A stretch of 64,000 nucleotides of DNA from the human T2T-CHM13v2.0 reference genome, Homo sapiens. The stretch lies in NCBI RefSeq assembly GCF_009914755.1, contig NC_060939.1; one strand, written 5' to 3'. Made by a program: the position numbers and the translations under genes. Position 1 is the stretch's first letter, and each line of letters begins with the position of its first letter. Of this stretch, positions 19,120 through 47,749 are shown in pieces. Under the pieces are notes generated by a model. The model searched no databases, was not told the DNA's origin, and saw only the letters and a list, made by a program, of their open reading frames with translations.

Positions 19120-19920
19120 AAATTAATGCAATAAATGAAGATCCATGTACCCACTACCTAGCTCTGTCAAAGCTTAACATTCAGTACTCCCTCCCAGCAA
19201 CTTTTCATTATTAACGCTACAATAAACATTTTTATAGATACGTTTTTGTGTTTGTCCTCATTCCCTTAGGATAAATTCCTGGAGGAGGAATTGCTGAGTC
19301 AAAAGTTATGCACATTTTAAGGTTTGTAATATAAACTGCCAAATTACCCTCCAGAAAAGCGAAACCAATTTATTTTCCAGATATAAATGTATGTGAATGT
19401 CCCTTTCTTTGCACCCTTGATAATACTGGATATTTTGTTTTTCCCTATCTCAATCCAGAAGAACTATTGTTTTGAACTAATACTTTGTCATATTTCATTG
19501 TTGTTGTAATTAATATTTTCCATATGCTTATTGGCCATTAGCATTTTTCTACTTTTGTTTTCTTGTGTTTTTGAAACAGGGTCTTGCTCTATTGCCCAGG
19601 CTGGAGTGCAGCATCAAACTCCCAGCCTCAAGCAATCCTCCTGCCTCTGCCTCTCAGAATGCTGGGATTACACTGTGACACACTGTGCCCTGCCTAATTT
19701 TATTTTTTGATAATTTGTTTTAATCATGCAGAAGTTTTTAATGTTATATATTCACACACACACATACATATTTCAAATTTATTGCTTTTTTCCCTTTTGC
19801 TATTGTGTTTAGAGAGGACTTGGTCACTGTAGGATTAACTGAATATTTGCCGTTGCTTTCTTCTAATTCTCTTGTGATATTTATTCTTTAACTTTTTAAT
19901 TAAGTTGGAATTTATTTTGG
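19120..19920 (-). mobile_element. Old L1ME-like fragments with a FLAM monomer (19560-19695)
   Basis: ttaggataaattcctggaggaggaattgctgagtcaaa...actgccaaattaccctccagaaaag is antisense old L1. Confidence 0.6.
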
Positions 19921-20411
19921 CACTTCATGTATCATAGGTCTCAGAACAATTTCTGATTATTAGGCCTAGTTATGGCTTCAGTTCTTGTTAACTAATGCCC
20001 GGTGTAGTGTCAAAATCCTCCAGCCTCTCAGACACTCACAGGCAGCCTGAGAAATAAAATTTTCCAGGTCAAGAAGACCTGGACTCTAATTACAACTCTG
20101 CCTCCTCCTCCAAAGCTCAGTTTCTCCTAAAATGTTTTCAGGCCCCTGCACTGATGGCAGATGGAGGGCCCTGGAGTCCCTTTACACTTGGCACCCTGCT
20201 CTCAGGGATCCTGCAGAAGGAGCTCCCACCTGGCTTTCCAAAGAACTGTAGAGCACCAGTCAAAATCCTATTTACTGCCCTGAGAACTTTCCATCCATTC
20301 TAGCTGGCCAGGTCTAAGTAGGTGCCACTGAAACCTTCCATTTGGCACTGGCTCCCTTCACCTCAGAAGGGTGTGGGGGCCATCTCTACTCCCATCTCCC
20401 TTTACCAAATT

Positions 20412-21759
<1,348 letters not shown>

Positions 21760-22527
21760 TAAAGATAACTTTTCATACCCTTTCTAAGTATTTTTCTGAG
21801 ACACTTCGAGAAATCTGTGTCATCAGGAAACTATAACAAGACTGCATTCTTTTTTCTCTTCCATTGTCCACCTATTGGCAGTTATTAAAGTGCTTGTGGC
21901 TCATTCTCAACACACTCCTGAAATCAGCAGCAACTTCTGCAAGTGTGTGTCTTTTCTGCCTACCAGTTCTCCAACAGGACCACACCCATGGCCCCCAAAG
22001 TGCCAACTGTAGAGTTGCCATCTATCTGTTATTCATGAGGATGCTTCATGAAACTCTCTTCAGTCATCCCTTCTGAGTGGCCATCTGTGATCTGCCAAGA
22101 CCCTGACACGAGGATCCCCTGTCAGGATGTGGTCCTCTTTTAGCCTAGAAGGCGTTGCAGTTGGGGTCCATCTGCTCCTCAGTCATCAATCAAACCAAAT
22201 CACCGCAGAAACATCCTTTGTCCCTGCCTGTGGGACCATTCAGTTTTAACAGGCTGCGGCTCCTCCTGTTCTATGCTTGAAATGGATATGGGAATCTTAA
22301 AGGAGACAGCCTGTAGTCCTAGCCATGTAGATCCTTGCCACTTTGTGGACCAGCCACCTACAAACTTTTTGGAAATAGAGACTCTCAGGCGCCACCCCTG
22401 AACTACTGAGTCAGAATCTGCATTTTAACAATGGTGATCCTTGTGCACATCCCTGTGTGAGAAGCACTGGCCTAGATATATCACACTGCCATTCTCTCTG
22501 GAGTCTTCCTACCTCCCCGCTGGGGCC

Positions 22528-28263
<5,736 letters not shown>

Positions 28264-29879
28264 GCAGGACAAGTCACAGAGTAAACTAACTGTGTCTCCT
28301 GAACTACTGAGACAGGGCTTCTTAAAGCCTTCCATCTAGACAGAGGATTTGCATGTGAACCCGGGGCAGGGCCAAAGCTACAGATGAGTATCAAATGCCC
28401 CAGCAATGGGACTGACCGATTGTCAGGGGAATTGGCAAGACCAGTGCCAATCCTGTTTTGTTCTGGGTATGCCATCTATAATGCCATCCATCCACTTCCC
28501 TATGACACAAGAAGGTATATCAGGAAGTGACTAGGAGAAAACATTATTTTAGGGATAAGTGTGAATCTGTTGCATTTAATATTGTGATCAGTAAAAATTA
28601 TCTGTGCATGTCTGATTTAGACAGGCCAGTTGAGTGTGATGGGACTAGCAGGGTAGGTGTGAACAGGCAGACACTTTCTGTGCAACCAGAATCTCTGGCT
28701 AAGCCTCTCTCCCTGCCAGCCCACGGACTTAGCCAAGTCTCCTTGGGTTTCCAGTAACAGAGGCATCTCACACTTGCCTGAGCTAAAATGGAGAGTGTGC
28801 TGGGCACCCGCCAGGGCAGGAAGGGCAGCTGGGCCACATGGGGTGGGAACAAAGCCCTGAGAGGCCACTGTGAATGGAGACAGCCATGCTCTTGCCACCT
28901 CCCTTTTTCTCTTGGGGTGACCTGGTTTCTCATCTCTTTCTCCCTGACACTGTGTCAGTCTCCTTTCTCCACAGCCCAGTTTTCCTTCTATGGTACACAG
29001 TGAAAATGGCCAGGCCAGCCCCCCAGTATAAGCTGTCCTAGTTCCAGGGCCAACTGTGACTGACCAGAGGCCTGTGTCCTAATTCCAGGTGCCCTGGAGA
29101 GAGAATCTGGTTGTCTCAGCTTGGGTCAGGAGTGTCTACCCTGGTCATCTGTGGTAGAGCCTCAGGGCCACTTGAGGAGACAGTGACTGCTGGGGCCACC
29201 CCTGTGGAAGAAGGCTAGGGGCAACTTTGAGGAAAGGAGGCACAGACTGAACAGAAGACCCTAAAGGTGCCCACTCCCTCCAGGCGTCTTTGCTGCCTTT
29301 GGCACCACAGCTGGTGGCTCTGCGCTACCCCCTCCAGGCTGCCTGCCTTCTCCCTCAAACCCCTAGCATTAATGGGACATTGTTTGTTAACTGAAAACAT
29401 TTTCTCCACAAACTTCGGCAAACTGGTGGTGAATGTCTACAACAAAAACATTTTTTCCTGTGGAACAATCAAATCCGAGGACCACATGTTGAGGGGAGAA
29501 ACCATTTAAACTAAAGACATACCAAGTACATTGGAACTGAGTCAGTTTACAAGGATCTACATGTGTCTAACAGTATATTTTACAACCAACAAAATTACTA
29601 TGCATAATATACAAGTAATTTATTTGCAAAATGCCTTTCTAAACAGCCCTCACATTATGTCTAATGAGAACTATCTTATTCACACTTCTTCAAGTGGCCA
29701 AAGAAGAAAATCTGAAATAAGGGGTGAGAAGCAGAAAATCTAGAGGTTCTGACCTAAGTGGGTCCTGCTTCTGACTTATAAGGTGCCATTAAGGGAACTA
29801 TGGGGCACGTTGTTAAATCCAAAGGCTATACTGTGAGCCTTGGAGAGCAACTAAGACTCCTTCCCCCATAATCTCTGAT

Positions 29880-30125
29880 AGTGGTGGTGGTGGTGATGAT
29901 GATGATGATGATATCACCTGAGCACTGATTTTGTGCCAGGCACCGTGCTAGGCACTCTTCACATGGATTATCTAATTTGATCTTTCCAACATCCCTATGA
30001 GGTAGATAGTAATATTATCCCCATTTTACACATGAGGAAACTGAGGCACAGAGATAGTTAAGTACCATTCCTAAGTTCTCAGAAATGGTAACTTGCAGAA
30101 CCAAGCTATAAACCTAAGTCTGGCT
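29880..30125 (-). mobile_element. MIR with a (GGT)n(GAT)n microsatellite at its edge
   Basis: MIR core attatccccattttacacatgaggaaactgaggcacagaga. Confidence 0.85.
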
Positions 30126-30637
30126 GAAGCTGAAGACCTTTCATCCTTATGAATATAATATATCTAGATCTTCCAACAAGATTTTTTTTAAATTTTGAAA
30201 ACAAAACTCCCTAATGGACATTAGGCCTTCCTATCGTTTTCATCACTCATTATGTCTTTATTTCCAGTGCATTTGAACAAGTATCTTTTATATTTTCTAT
30301 AAAGAAGTACCGAGGTCAAGGGCAATATAAAAATGATTAAGACCCTCTTGGGGTTTTTGAGGAGCTCAAGGTCATCTAATATTAGGAAGAGCCTGTATAA
30401 GCATAATTATAACATAATACTGAATATGATCTGTCATCCTGGAAACACAGGGCTCTAAGAGATTAAGGGAAGGAGTGGTCATGTCCACTAAGCATATACA
30501 AGTTATGATTTGCTGCATGTGAATGTTGCTAGATGAATTGTGTGAAAGAGACAGAAATCCCATGTTAGCCAAAGTAACCAACAGTGCCCAGGTGTGATCC
30601 TCAGTGGGACCACTATGACTTCTGGTAAGTTAGGTAG

Positions 30638-31336
<699 letters not shown>

Positions 31337-32279
31337 CCATGTCTTTAAGTGAAGTAGGAAAGACACAAGACTTTAAAGGAAGGAATGGATCCTAGATAGG
31401 CCTGAGCCTCGTAGCGTGTTCTCAGTAAGCACTGTCCCTGAAGAAAAGACTCCTATCATGAGCTGTCAGCCAGCAAACCCAGGCAGGGATGATAGGAAGA
31501 CCTGCAGAGGAGATCTTTGGAAAGAGCTTTTCCCTCAGTGTGACACTTTAGATCTCAAGGATCTCTCCAGAACAGTCCCAGGAATAAACGGATACACCTT
31601 GTTCTTTGTACTTTGATTGCAAAAACCAGCCCATCATCTGCCACCAGCTGGACCCAGTGAATTTTGGAGCTGCCTGCCATGCAGACATCTGAGATGTGCG
31701 TTGATTACATGCTCTGCCCCCCCACTGCCATTGCTAAGCCCTGCTTTCTGTTCAGGCAATGTGAGCCAACTGTGCCTTCCTGCTCCTCTGTTGTCTGCAG
31801 CAGTCTGTGATCAGGACTCAGAGGCTTAACCATAGCAGTGGAAAGCAGGATGCACTCCAAACTTAGCTGACTTTGGATAAAATGGCTCTAAAGCTCTTTT
31901 TCATTTATATACAACTTTACATTACAAAGCCCATCACAATCAGCATTAATTAAACCTGCCACTCATTGCCCTCTGAGGTAGAGCTGAATTAGTCTGCTCA
32001 TTTTACAGCTGACAAAACAGACAGAAAGGCTTAAGGATTTGCTGAAGTGAAGTGGGGTTCAATCAAGGAAGCCTGGCATGATTCCCTTTCTAGTTCATTC
32101 TTCTTCTCCTGGAGGAGGACTTCAAAATGCCTAGCTCCTAACTCTGAGCAGCTAAAGGAAGCCAAGTGGGAAGAGAAGCTTGGCAGAGCAGCCGTGGCGA
32201 TCTAGAACAGAACATCAGTGTGAGGTTTGGATGATGTGAGCACAGCCAGGTCATGTTTTCCTGATTCTCAGTGGATATT

Positions 32280-32353
32280 ACACACATGCGCGCGCAAGCA
32301 CACACACACACATGCGCACACGCACACACTCATACACACACACACACACACAC
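32280..32353. repeat. Interrupted (CA)n/(CG)n microsatellite
   Basis: acacacatgcgcgcgcaagcacacacacacacatgcgcacacgcacacactcatacacacacacacacacacaca. Confidence 0.9.
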
Positions 32354-32931
32354 AGTTTCCCTTGTTGGGTCAGGGAGCAGAAGGATGTTGGAACGTAGTT
32401 GGAGCGCTGGTTGGCAGCAATGCTCTGTTTGACCTGGTGGCAAAGTGGCCCACCCATTACCCACACTCCAACCACTTACCAGAGCCTTTATATTAGAATT
32501 TTAAACACACTCAAAATCAAACACATTCCAAGGACAGGCCCCATTTTGTGGGGCATGGAGCAAGAATGAAAATGAAAACCAACATATCATATGTCTAAAT
32601 ATTTAAAAATTCTAGCCAAAGCTAACAAACTTGGGTTTCCTACCTTGACAGATATACCTTTACAATGATGCAGATAATTGGTTTGAATTTAGAATATTTC
32701 AGCTCCTTAGAGGTCCATACCAAAACGTGGTGGCCCAGGAGAGCAGCCCTGGCCCAGAACAGTGCCCTTCCTTCACCCCTCAAATTGGGCCCACATCATG
32801 AAGGGCCTCACACACACACGATGTGGATTCCAGCCCATATGTCCAAGCGCTGGCCATATCATCACCCCCTTTTGGTGGCCACTTGGGGCTATGGCCCAAT
32901 TGTACAGTCCACCCTCAGAAGGATAGATCAG

Positions 32932-35837
<2,906 letters not shown>

Positions 35838-37169
35838 TTACCAGTATATCATAATTCTACCTAGTATTTTAACTATTTAAGTGTGGGTCCCACCTCCCAT
35901 GAAGGCCATGTGCTTCTTACGGAGTGGTCTGTGTCAGTTCATCTTTATTCCTCTTATGGTATCTAGTAAGTTGCTTTATATATTGTAGGTGCTAAAAGAG
36001 CTTTTGTTGAATGAAACTATAGAACACAAACTATCATTTACTAACATGACTTAATCCTGTGATGACTCAGAAGGCCCTCCAGGATCACACATTTCTTCAA
36101 GGTTGTTATTATGTGTGTTATCTATGGGGATGTTTAAACACAGACCAAGTGGTTGAAAGGGGAATTCTGCAGTGCCTGGAAGATAGTACTTGATAACTAC
36201 CAGCTCATTCCAATTCTGTGTGTATGTATTGAAGAGTCAAATATAGAAATGATCTCATTTATTATCACCTGAATGAAACATGTTTATGAAACCAAGAGAT
36301 TACAAGTGAAAACTGTCAAATAGCCTCTGTTAATAAGCCTTAACCAGAATTCATGGTCCTTGACCATGATAAGTCAATTAATCTGAAAAGGTAGGATTCC
36401 ATTAGTGCTGTGAGTGTATTATTACCATTATTTAATTTTATTAAAACCTGCTCATTAGATTGTAATTTACTAATTAATGCAAACATATTTGTCACTATGT
36501 GGCTAATATATGCCAAGCCTGTGTTAGTCAGTCATTAGGGATACAATGTAAATATAATTCATGCCCTCAAGAAATTCAAATAATTTCTCTGTAAAAACAC
36601 TTCATTGTGCAGATCATTTTTACAGCACTTTAAATGTCAATGTGGGAAATTAGCCTGGGTGTGATATGACCCTCTAACCTAGCCTATAATTCATTCAAAA
36701 TACAGAACAATACAAAGCAAAAAATGCCAGTTAGTTTAATTACTTGACATTAGTCTTTTTCTCAAAAACACAATATACAGAATGTTCATTCAGAATTCTG
36801 GGTAAATATGCTTCTGCACAGATGATTTTAATTTCAGGTTAGTACAACATCTGCCAGTCCCCCAGAGCTTGAGGGTGAAGCAGCTTCCCCAGGTGTGGAG
36901 GAGAGAGAGCCATCACAGCGCCCCACCCTCTTCTCTGATCTTTCTGTGGATCTGACAGTGACAGAGGCGGCAGCAGGGAGCCCTGCCCTGGGACTCAGGA
37001 GAAGCCTGGGAGCAGGGACGGGTGTTCTCAGTCCAGTCTGTCAGGAATTCTGGGAATGGATGCTGCCGTCTTTCCTCACAGCTTCCTGTAAACATGCTGA
37101 TTTTCAACTTGATAGTAGGACTTTGCTATTTAGTGTTTTCATATCTAAAACTAAGGGGTTAGGTTTCGA

Positions 37170-38797
<1,628 letters not shown>

Positions 38798-40185
38798 AGG
38801 TTTTTATGGCCTCTTAAAGCAAGAAGTAGTCTTAGAAGTCAGAGGTCCATTGAGGTTAGGTAGCCTGTCAAGGATCTCAGTTAGTCACTGGGCAGACTAG
38901 GTCCCTTTCATCTGTCAATTTCTTACATTTGTATTCTCATAACCTTGATGGATACAATTTTACTGTGAGGAAAGCTAGAAAAAGCATCAGCAATTGAAAT
39001 CCACAGACAATTCCTAAGCCCCAGAGTTTCCACTTTTGGGTGAGCCCTGTTGGTTGAAGTGACTCCTGATTAAGCAAAAGTGATTAGAAATACTATATTT
39101 TCTAATGATGACTGTCTACAGGCTAGTGGAGGTGTTACTGAATAGAGACTTATACACAATTCAAGAAGCCACTGAGAAGAGGGAAAGCAGAAACAAACAG
39201 TATGGAGTCCAGAGCCCAAGTAATTAGCTCCTGGTGATGAAAAGTAAATTACTTTTTTTGATACTGGGCTCAAGGAGATCCTCTTTTTTTTTTTTTTTTT
39301 AAGTACTAAGTGTAAGTCACAGATTCAGTTGGCGTCAGATCTTGAAAAAGAGATCTGATACTTTCTATACTGACCTTAAAGCCTAGTCTCCTGGATAGGG
39401 TCTCCTTTTTGCCAGCTCGAAAAAAATCTCACACATCTCTTCACTTGGTCTTTGCCTTGAGTTAAAAGAACAAAAATAATTTTAGGCTTTAATCTCTTTT
39501 TATGCAGTTTACTTGCAAAAAATTATTTAAGTTGGTGGCTAAGTAAACAATGGTATTCTCTCAGCAGTTAATTCCACTGGCTTTTCCACAGTCCCAACTA
39601 TAGTATAGCCTAGCCCCAAAGTAATTAAAGAAGCAAGCAATTTGCGTTCTTTTTCTACAAAACTACTCTTGAGTAGCAGATGGCAAACACAAATGTTTTG
39701 CTCTAGAGACATATGGAAACCTCTCTGTTTCATAAAAGCCTCAATAAATATTAAACCCCAAATGATGCCATTCATTGCAGAAATAAAATGTGATAATCCC
39801 CCAAACAGCCTAATTAGACCATATAGCTACTTGAGTTTCAGAAAGCAATAGGTGGGAAATTACTATGTGATTGGGATTTCATTCGCAGTTTCTCTTAATC
39901 TGAATATTCAACCTGGCCCAAAAGAATCACCTATTCAGCCTTATTTATTCAGCATTCTATTAGGTTATCATCATCATTTATGCTTGTAATTTTAAAAGTG
40001 AATAATCAAAGAATCCTGCTTGATTTCATATTAACTCTTCAGTTCTGTCTGAACCAGTGAGAGCAAGGAATTTCACAAAGGGAGAGGGTGTTTTATCACA
40101 GGTTCTGGAGCAATTCAACATGTTCCCTGATTAACTCTGTTTATAATCCCTTGCTGCTGTTAAACCAGGAAAAAAAAAAAAGTCA

Positions 40186-41615
<1,430 letters not shown>

Positions 41616-42511
41616 AATATCCATGTGCATTTGACACGTAAACACAGATGGTGCTCATTTGTTTCCCAGCCTTATCTTCTCCAGTCTTCACTAATAGAAC
41701 CCTGTGTTTAGGGTGAGGCTGACTCTACACCCAGTCCCAGTGGCTTACATCAGTTGACAGAGGCCACTCTCTTGGGCCCTGCATAGGTTCAGGGAAGGGC
41801 AGTCAAGGCCCATGGAACTCAATTCCTGGGTATTTATTTGAACTTTTGGGGAAAAGGATTCTCTACATTCTGCTCTGTTTGAATCTGGAAGCAAGGAGCC
41901 CTAGGAGTTTCAGGAAGACATTTTGCAACCACATGGGGCTAGCCTATTGAAATAAGTGCTATCTTGAAGACGTGTTGCTAAGATGCTGACAAAGAGAAGC
42001 CAAGAACTGGGCATGTAATTTGAGCTACTAGATTAAGTCTCACCTGTCACTAGGCTTATATCTGATAATTCTAGTTTAGGGTTAAATATATTTATGGTTT
42101 AAATCAGTATTTTTATTTAGGTCATTTAGTATTCTGTTATTTACTACCATAAGAATCCCAATACCTGTTCTGATGCTGATTGTGAGTTTCAGCACATCTT
42201 GACTTTGCTATTGGATAAGAGTCCATTTTAAAGTTGGCCCCAAAAGACTTAAAAAAAAAACCAAAAAAAAACAAACAAAAAACCTCAAGTTTACAAGAAG
42301 CTCTACCCAAAATGCTCTACCCAAAAAGCTCTACCCAAAATGCATAGTCCTTATTGCACGTCTTACTTTACACAAAATCCCACAAAATAGCAATGCCTAG
42401 CTTAATGAAATGAATGAATTTTGCTAATATTTTATTGTCAGCAACTTTATTACCAGAGAAAGAAATAATATAAGAGGTATTAGAATGAATTCCTTCCAAA
42501 CCACCCTTTGG

Positions 42512-43145
<634 letters not shown>

Positions 43146-43199
43146 AATGTACATAATGTAGGGGTCTTATCATCTCTCATTTTTATTTAACTTTTGCAT

Positions 43200-43400
43200 C
43201 CAGTGGTGATATGCATAATATGTAACAATCAGTTTGGCAGGAACACTTGACCAATCAGATTGGAAGCCTGGCCAATCAGAATGGATGCCCAAATCATCAA
43301 AATCAACACCCAACCAATGAGAATGAGAATGGATGCCCCACTAATCCGAATGAAAAGCCAACCAATCAGAATGGACAACTTATCTTCACCTATCAAGATA
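43200..43400 (+). repeat. Degenerate ~21-bp tandem array of CCAATCAGAATGG units, possibly an ORSL/hAT-derived fossil
   Basis: CCAAT at 43251, 43272, 43314 and 43362, plus variants at ~43290, 43341 and 43389. The family assignment is tentative. Confidence 0.7.
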
Positions 43401-44243
43401 AATGCAATGTGTACGAGCCTCACATTTACCATTGAATTTTTCATTTGTGGGCTCTCCCCTCAATTAGCTGGGAGCAAACTGAGGGCAAGGACCACATGAG
43501 ACATCTTTTTGTATCCTCCAGGTGGCCTTGCTTAGCTGGTTTCAAAGTGTGAACTTAATGAATGTTTGAGTGGACATTTTTCACCTAGTGATTGCTCAGG
43601 AAATATCAGTCAGTGGAAAGGGTACAGTTTGTCCCTCTGATTAGGATAATTGTAGAATTATACACTGGAGTATCACTAAATAGCATTTTTTAATGACACA
43701 CAGGTGACATGAAAAATTGGTATTTTTAAGGGCTTATCATTCAATGTGATCTTGACAAACCAGAAAAATAATACATAATTATGCTGATTTCTTAAACACA
43801 ACAATGAATAGTGTACTTACTGAATGAATAACATCTAAATACAAGGTAGAGTACAAACAGAAAGATATTAGTGAGGTCCCAAACACCTAATATAGCAAAT
43901 AATAAACTAAAGGTGTCCAGATGTTTTAAAATTAGCTAGACTGCTAAGATGCTAGTCAGATCTTCATTCATTGGTTCATTCAACACCTTGAGTGCCTGCT
44001 ATGTATAAAACATCATGCTAAGCATGCTGGGGATGCAGCAATACATTAGCAGTCTCTTTCCTCAAAGAGCTCAACTTTTAAGGGAGCAGACAAAGAAGCA
44101 CACAAACCATTCAATAACAGAGAGAGAACTTATTCAACAGCTGAGTCATCAGTCAGTGAAGATAATCACCATAAAGGACATCTTTGTAGCCCACCGGGAC
44201 AGCTGTGCTCAACAGATGGCAGAGGGCCAGAACCTAAGAGTAG

Positions 44244-46333
<2,090 letters not shown>

Positions 46334-46613
46334 ATAAATATACATTTTTAAAAAGAAATAAATTCCACTGGTCTTTGCGGAATTTTTTCCCCTTCTTTTC
46401 CAGGAATGAGGAGGAAGATATAGAACAATCCACACTGTTCAGATCATGGCTGAAGCCACGTTCAGAGGCTTGCTCAAGGACTGGCTTGGGCAAGAGGGCT
46501 CAGCCTGTGCCAGAGGGCAGAATCCTTCTTCATTAGGGGCAGACACTGTGACTTTGAACTCATTAGAGCTTTGTTCCTATCTAGTGGACTCTAGGAATGA
46601 GACATTCCGTAAG

Positions 46614-46634
46614 CAGCAGCAGCAGCAGCAGCAG
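46614..46634 (+). repeat. (CAG)7 trinucleotide repeat
   Basis: Seven uninterrupted CAG units, non-coding, 1.8 kb upstream of the RAB8B ATG. Confidence 0.95.
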
Positions 46635-47749
46635 CCCTCTGGCTACTGTATGATCAATCAGTTAATGATGACACATTTCATCTTTTACCCGCATAGAAAA
46701 TGAAGGCCAATTCTAGGGCCAACTAAGTCTTCTGCCACAATGCAACTGAGAATGGATTATCAGTGGCACTGTTCCTAAAGTCACAAGGCACACAGTATGT
46801 GTCCTTAGAAAAGCCTGCTGGTTTGTTCAACTAACTGTCCACGGTTTTTCCCCCCCCCCTTTTCTTATTCCACTAATGGTGGAGTCCACTGGTTCCCTTA
46901 ATAACCTCTAGCCTTCCAGAAGGTGTTTCCTTATAGCTAAGGTAAATGTCTGGACCAGTGGTTCTCAAATACTTTGGTTTCAAGACCCCTTCATCCTCTT
47001 AAAACTTATTGAAGACTCCAAGAAGCTTTTTTTCATGTGGGTTTTACCTGTCGGTATTTGACATATTAAAAATTAAAACTTCGAAGGGAGAACAACAGAT
47101 GAGAGACACAGAGCCCTGGCAGGGTGGACTCCTAGTCCCACACCTTCTTAGCCTTTTGCTTCCACATTACCTGAACCAGTCAACACCCCTTTCACAACAG
47201 CTAATCCGGTTGGGTTTCTGCCACTAGCAAATGAAAGGGGACTGAACAATACATCCACAAAACAGAGAATTAGCCTAAGACAATAAATAATAAAGGATTA
47301 ACTTGAGTATAACAGAATGCTGTTTCCTCCCTATATTCGTCATCAATTAAGTGAGAGCCTACTGAAGAGTAATGAATATTACCATCACTGCTAACAGTGC
47401 CTTATGGGTTTCAAAGAACTTTCACATTTAGTATTTAAGTTTCACTGGAACCCTATGAAGTATCTTGTTTCATATCCATTTTACAGATGAGAAAACTGAA
47501 ATGTCCAGTGCCTGTGTGACTTGTCACAGCGGTTTTGCAGCAGAGCCAAGACTAAATTCAAATCTTACTCTCTAAATTCCCGTGGCCCGCCTCACAGGAT
47601 GCTTGCAGTTTCATGGGGCACAGACCTGTAGCACAAGACTTCCCAGATTTAAAAATCCATCCTCCTGCGAGGAGAGGGGAGCGATCAGCGTAGCAGATTC
47701 TCTAAATACTCATTGTATTTGGCTCTGGTCTGTGTGGCGTGAAGAAGGG

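Noticed and set aside
39335-39358. Small inverted repeat tcagatct...agatctga
   Set aside because: An 8-bp stem is expected by chance in 64 kb.
43229-43499. Overlapping repetitive ORFs (PIRMD.., TNQNG..)
   Set aside because: They are by-products of the 21-bp CCAAT repeat; there are no splice signals or recognisable protein family.
46614-46634. (CAG)7 as a polyglutamine tract (ORF 46446..46703)
   Set aside because: There is no exon evidence; the repeat is short and intergenic.
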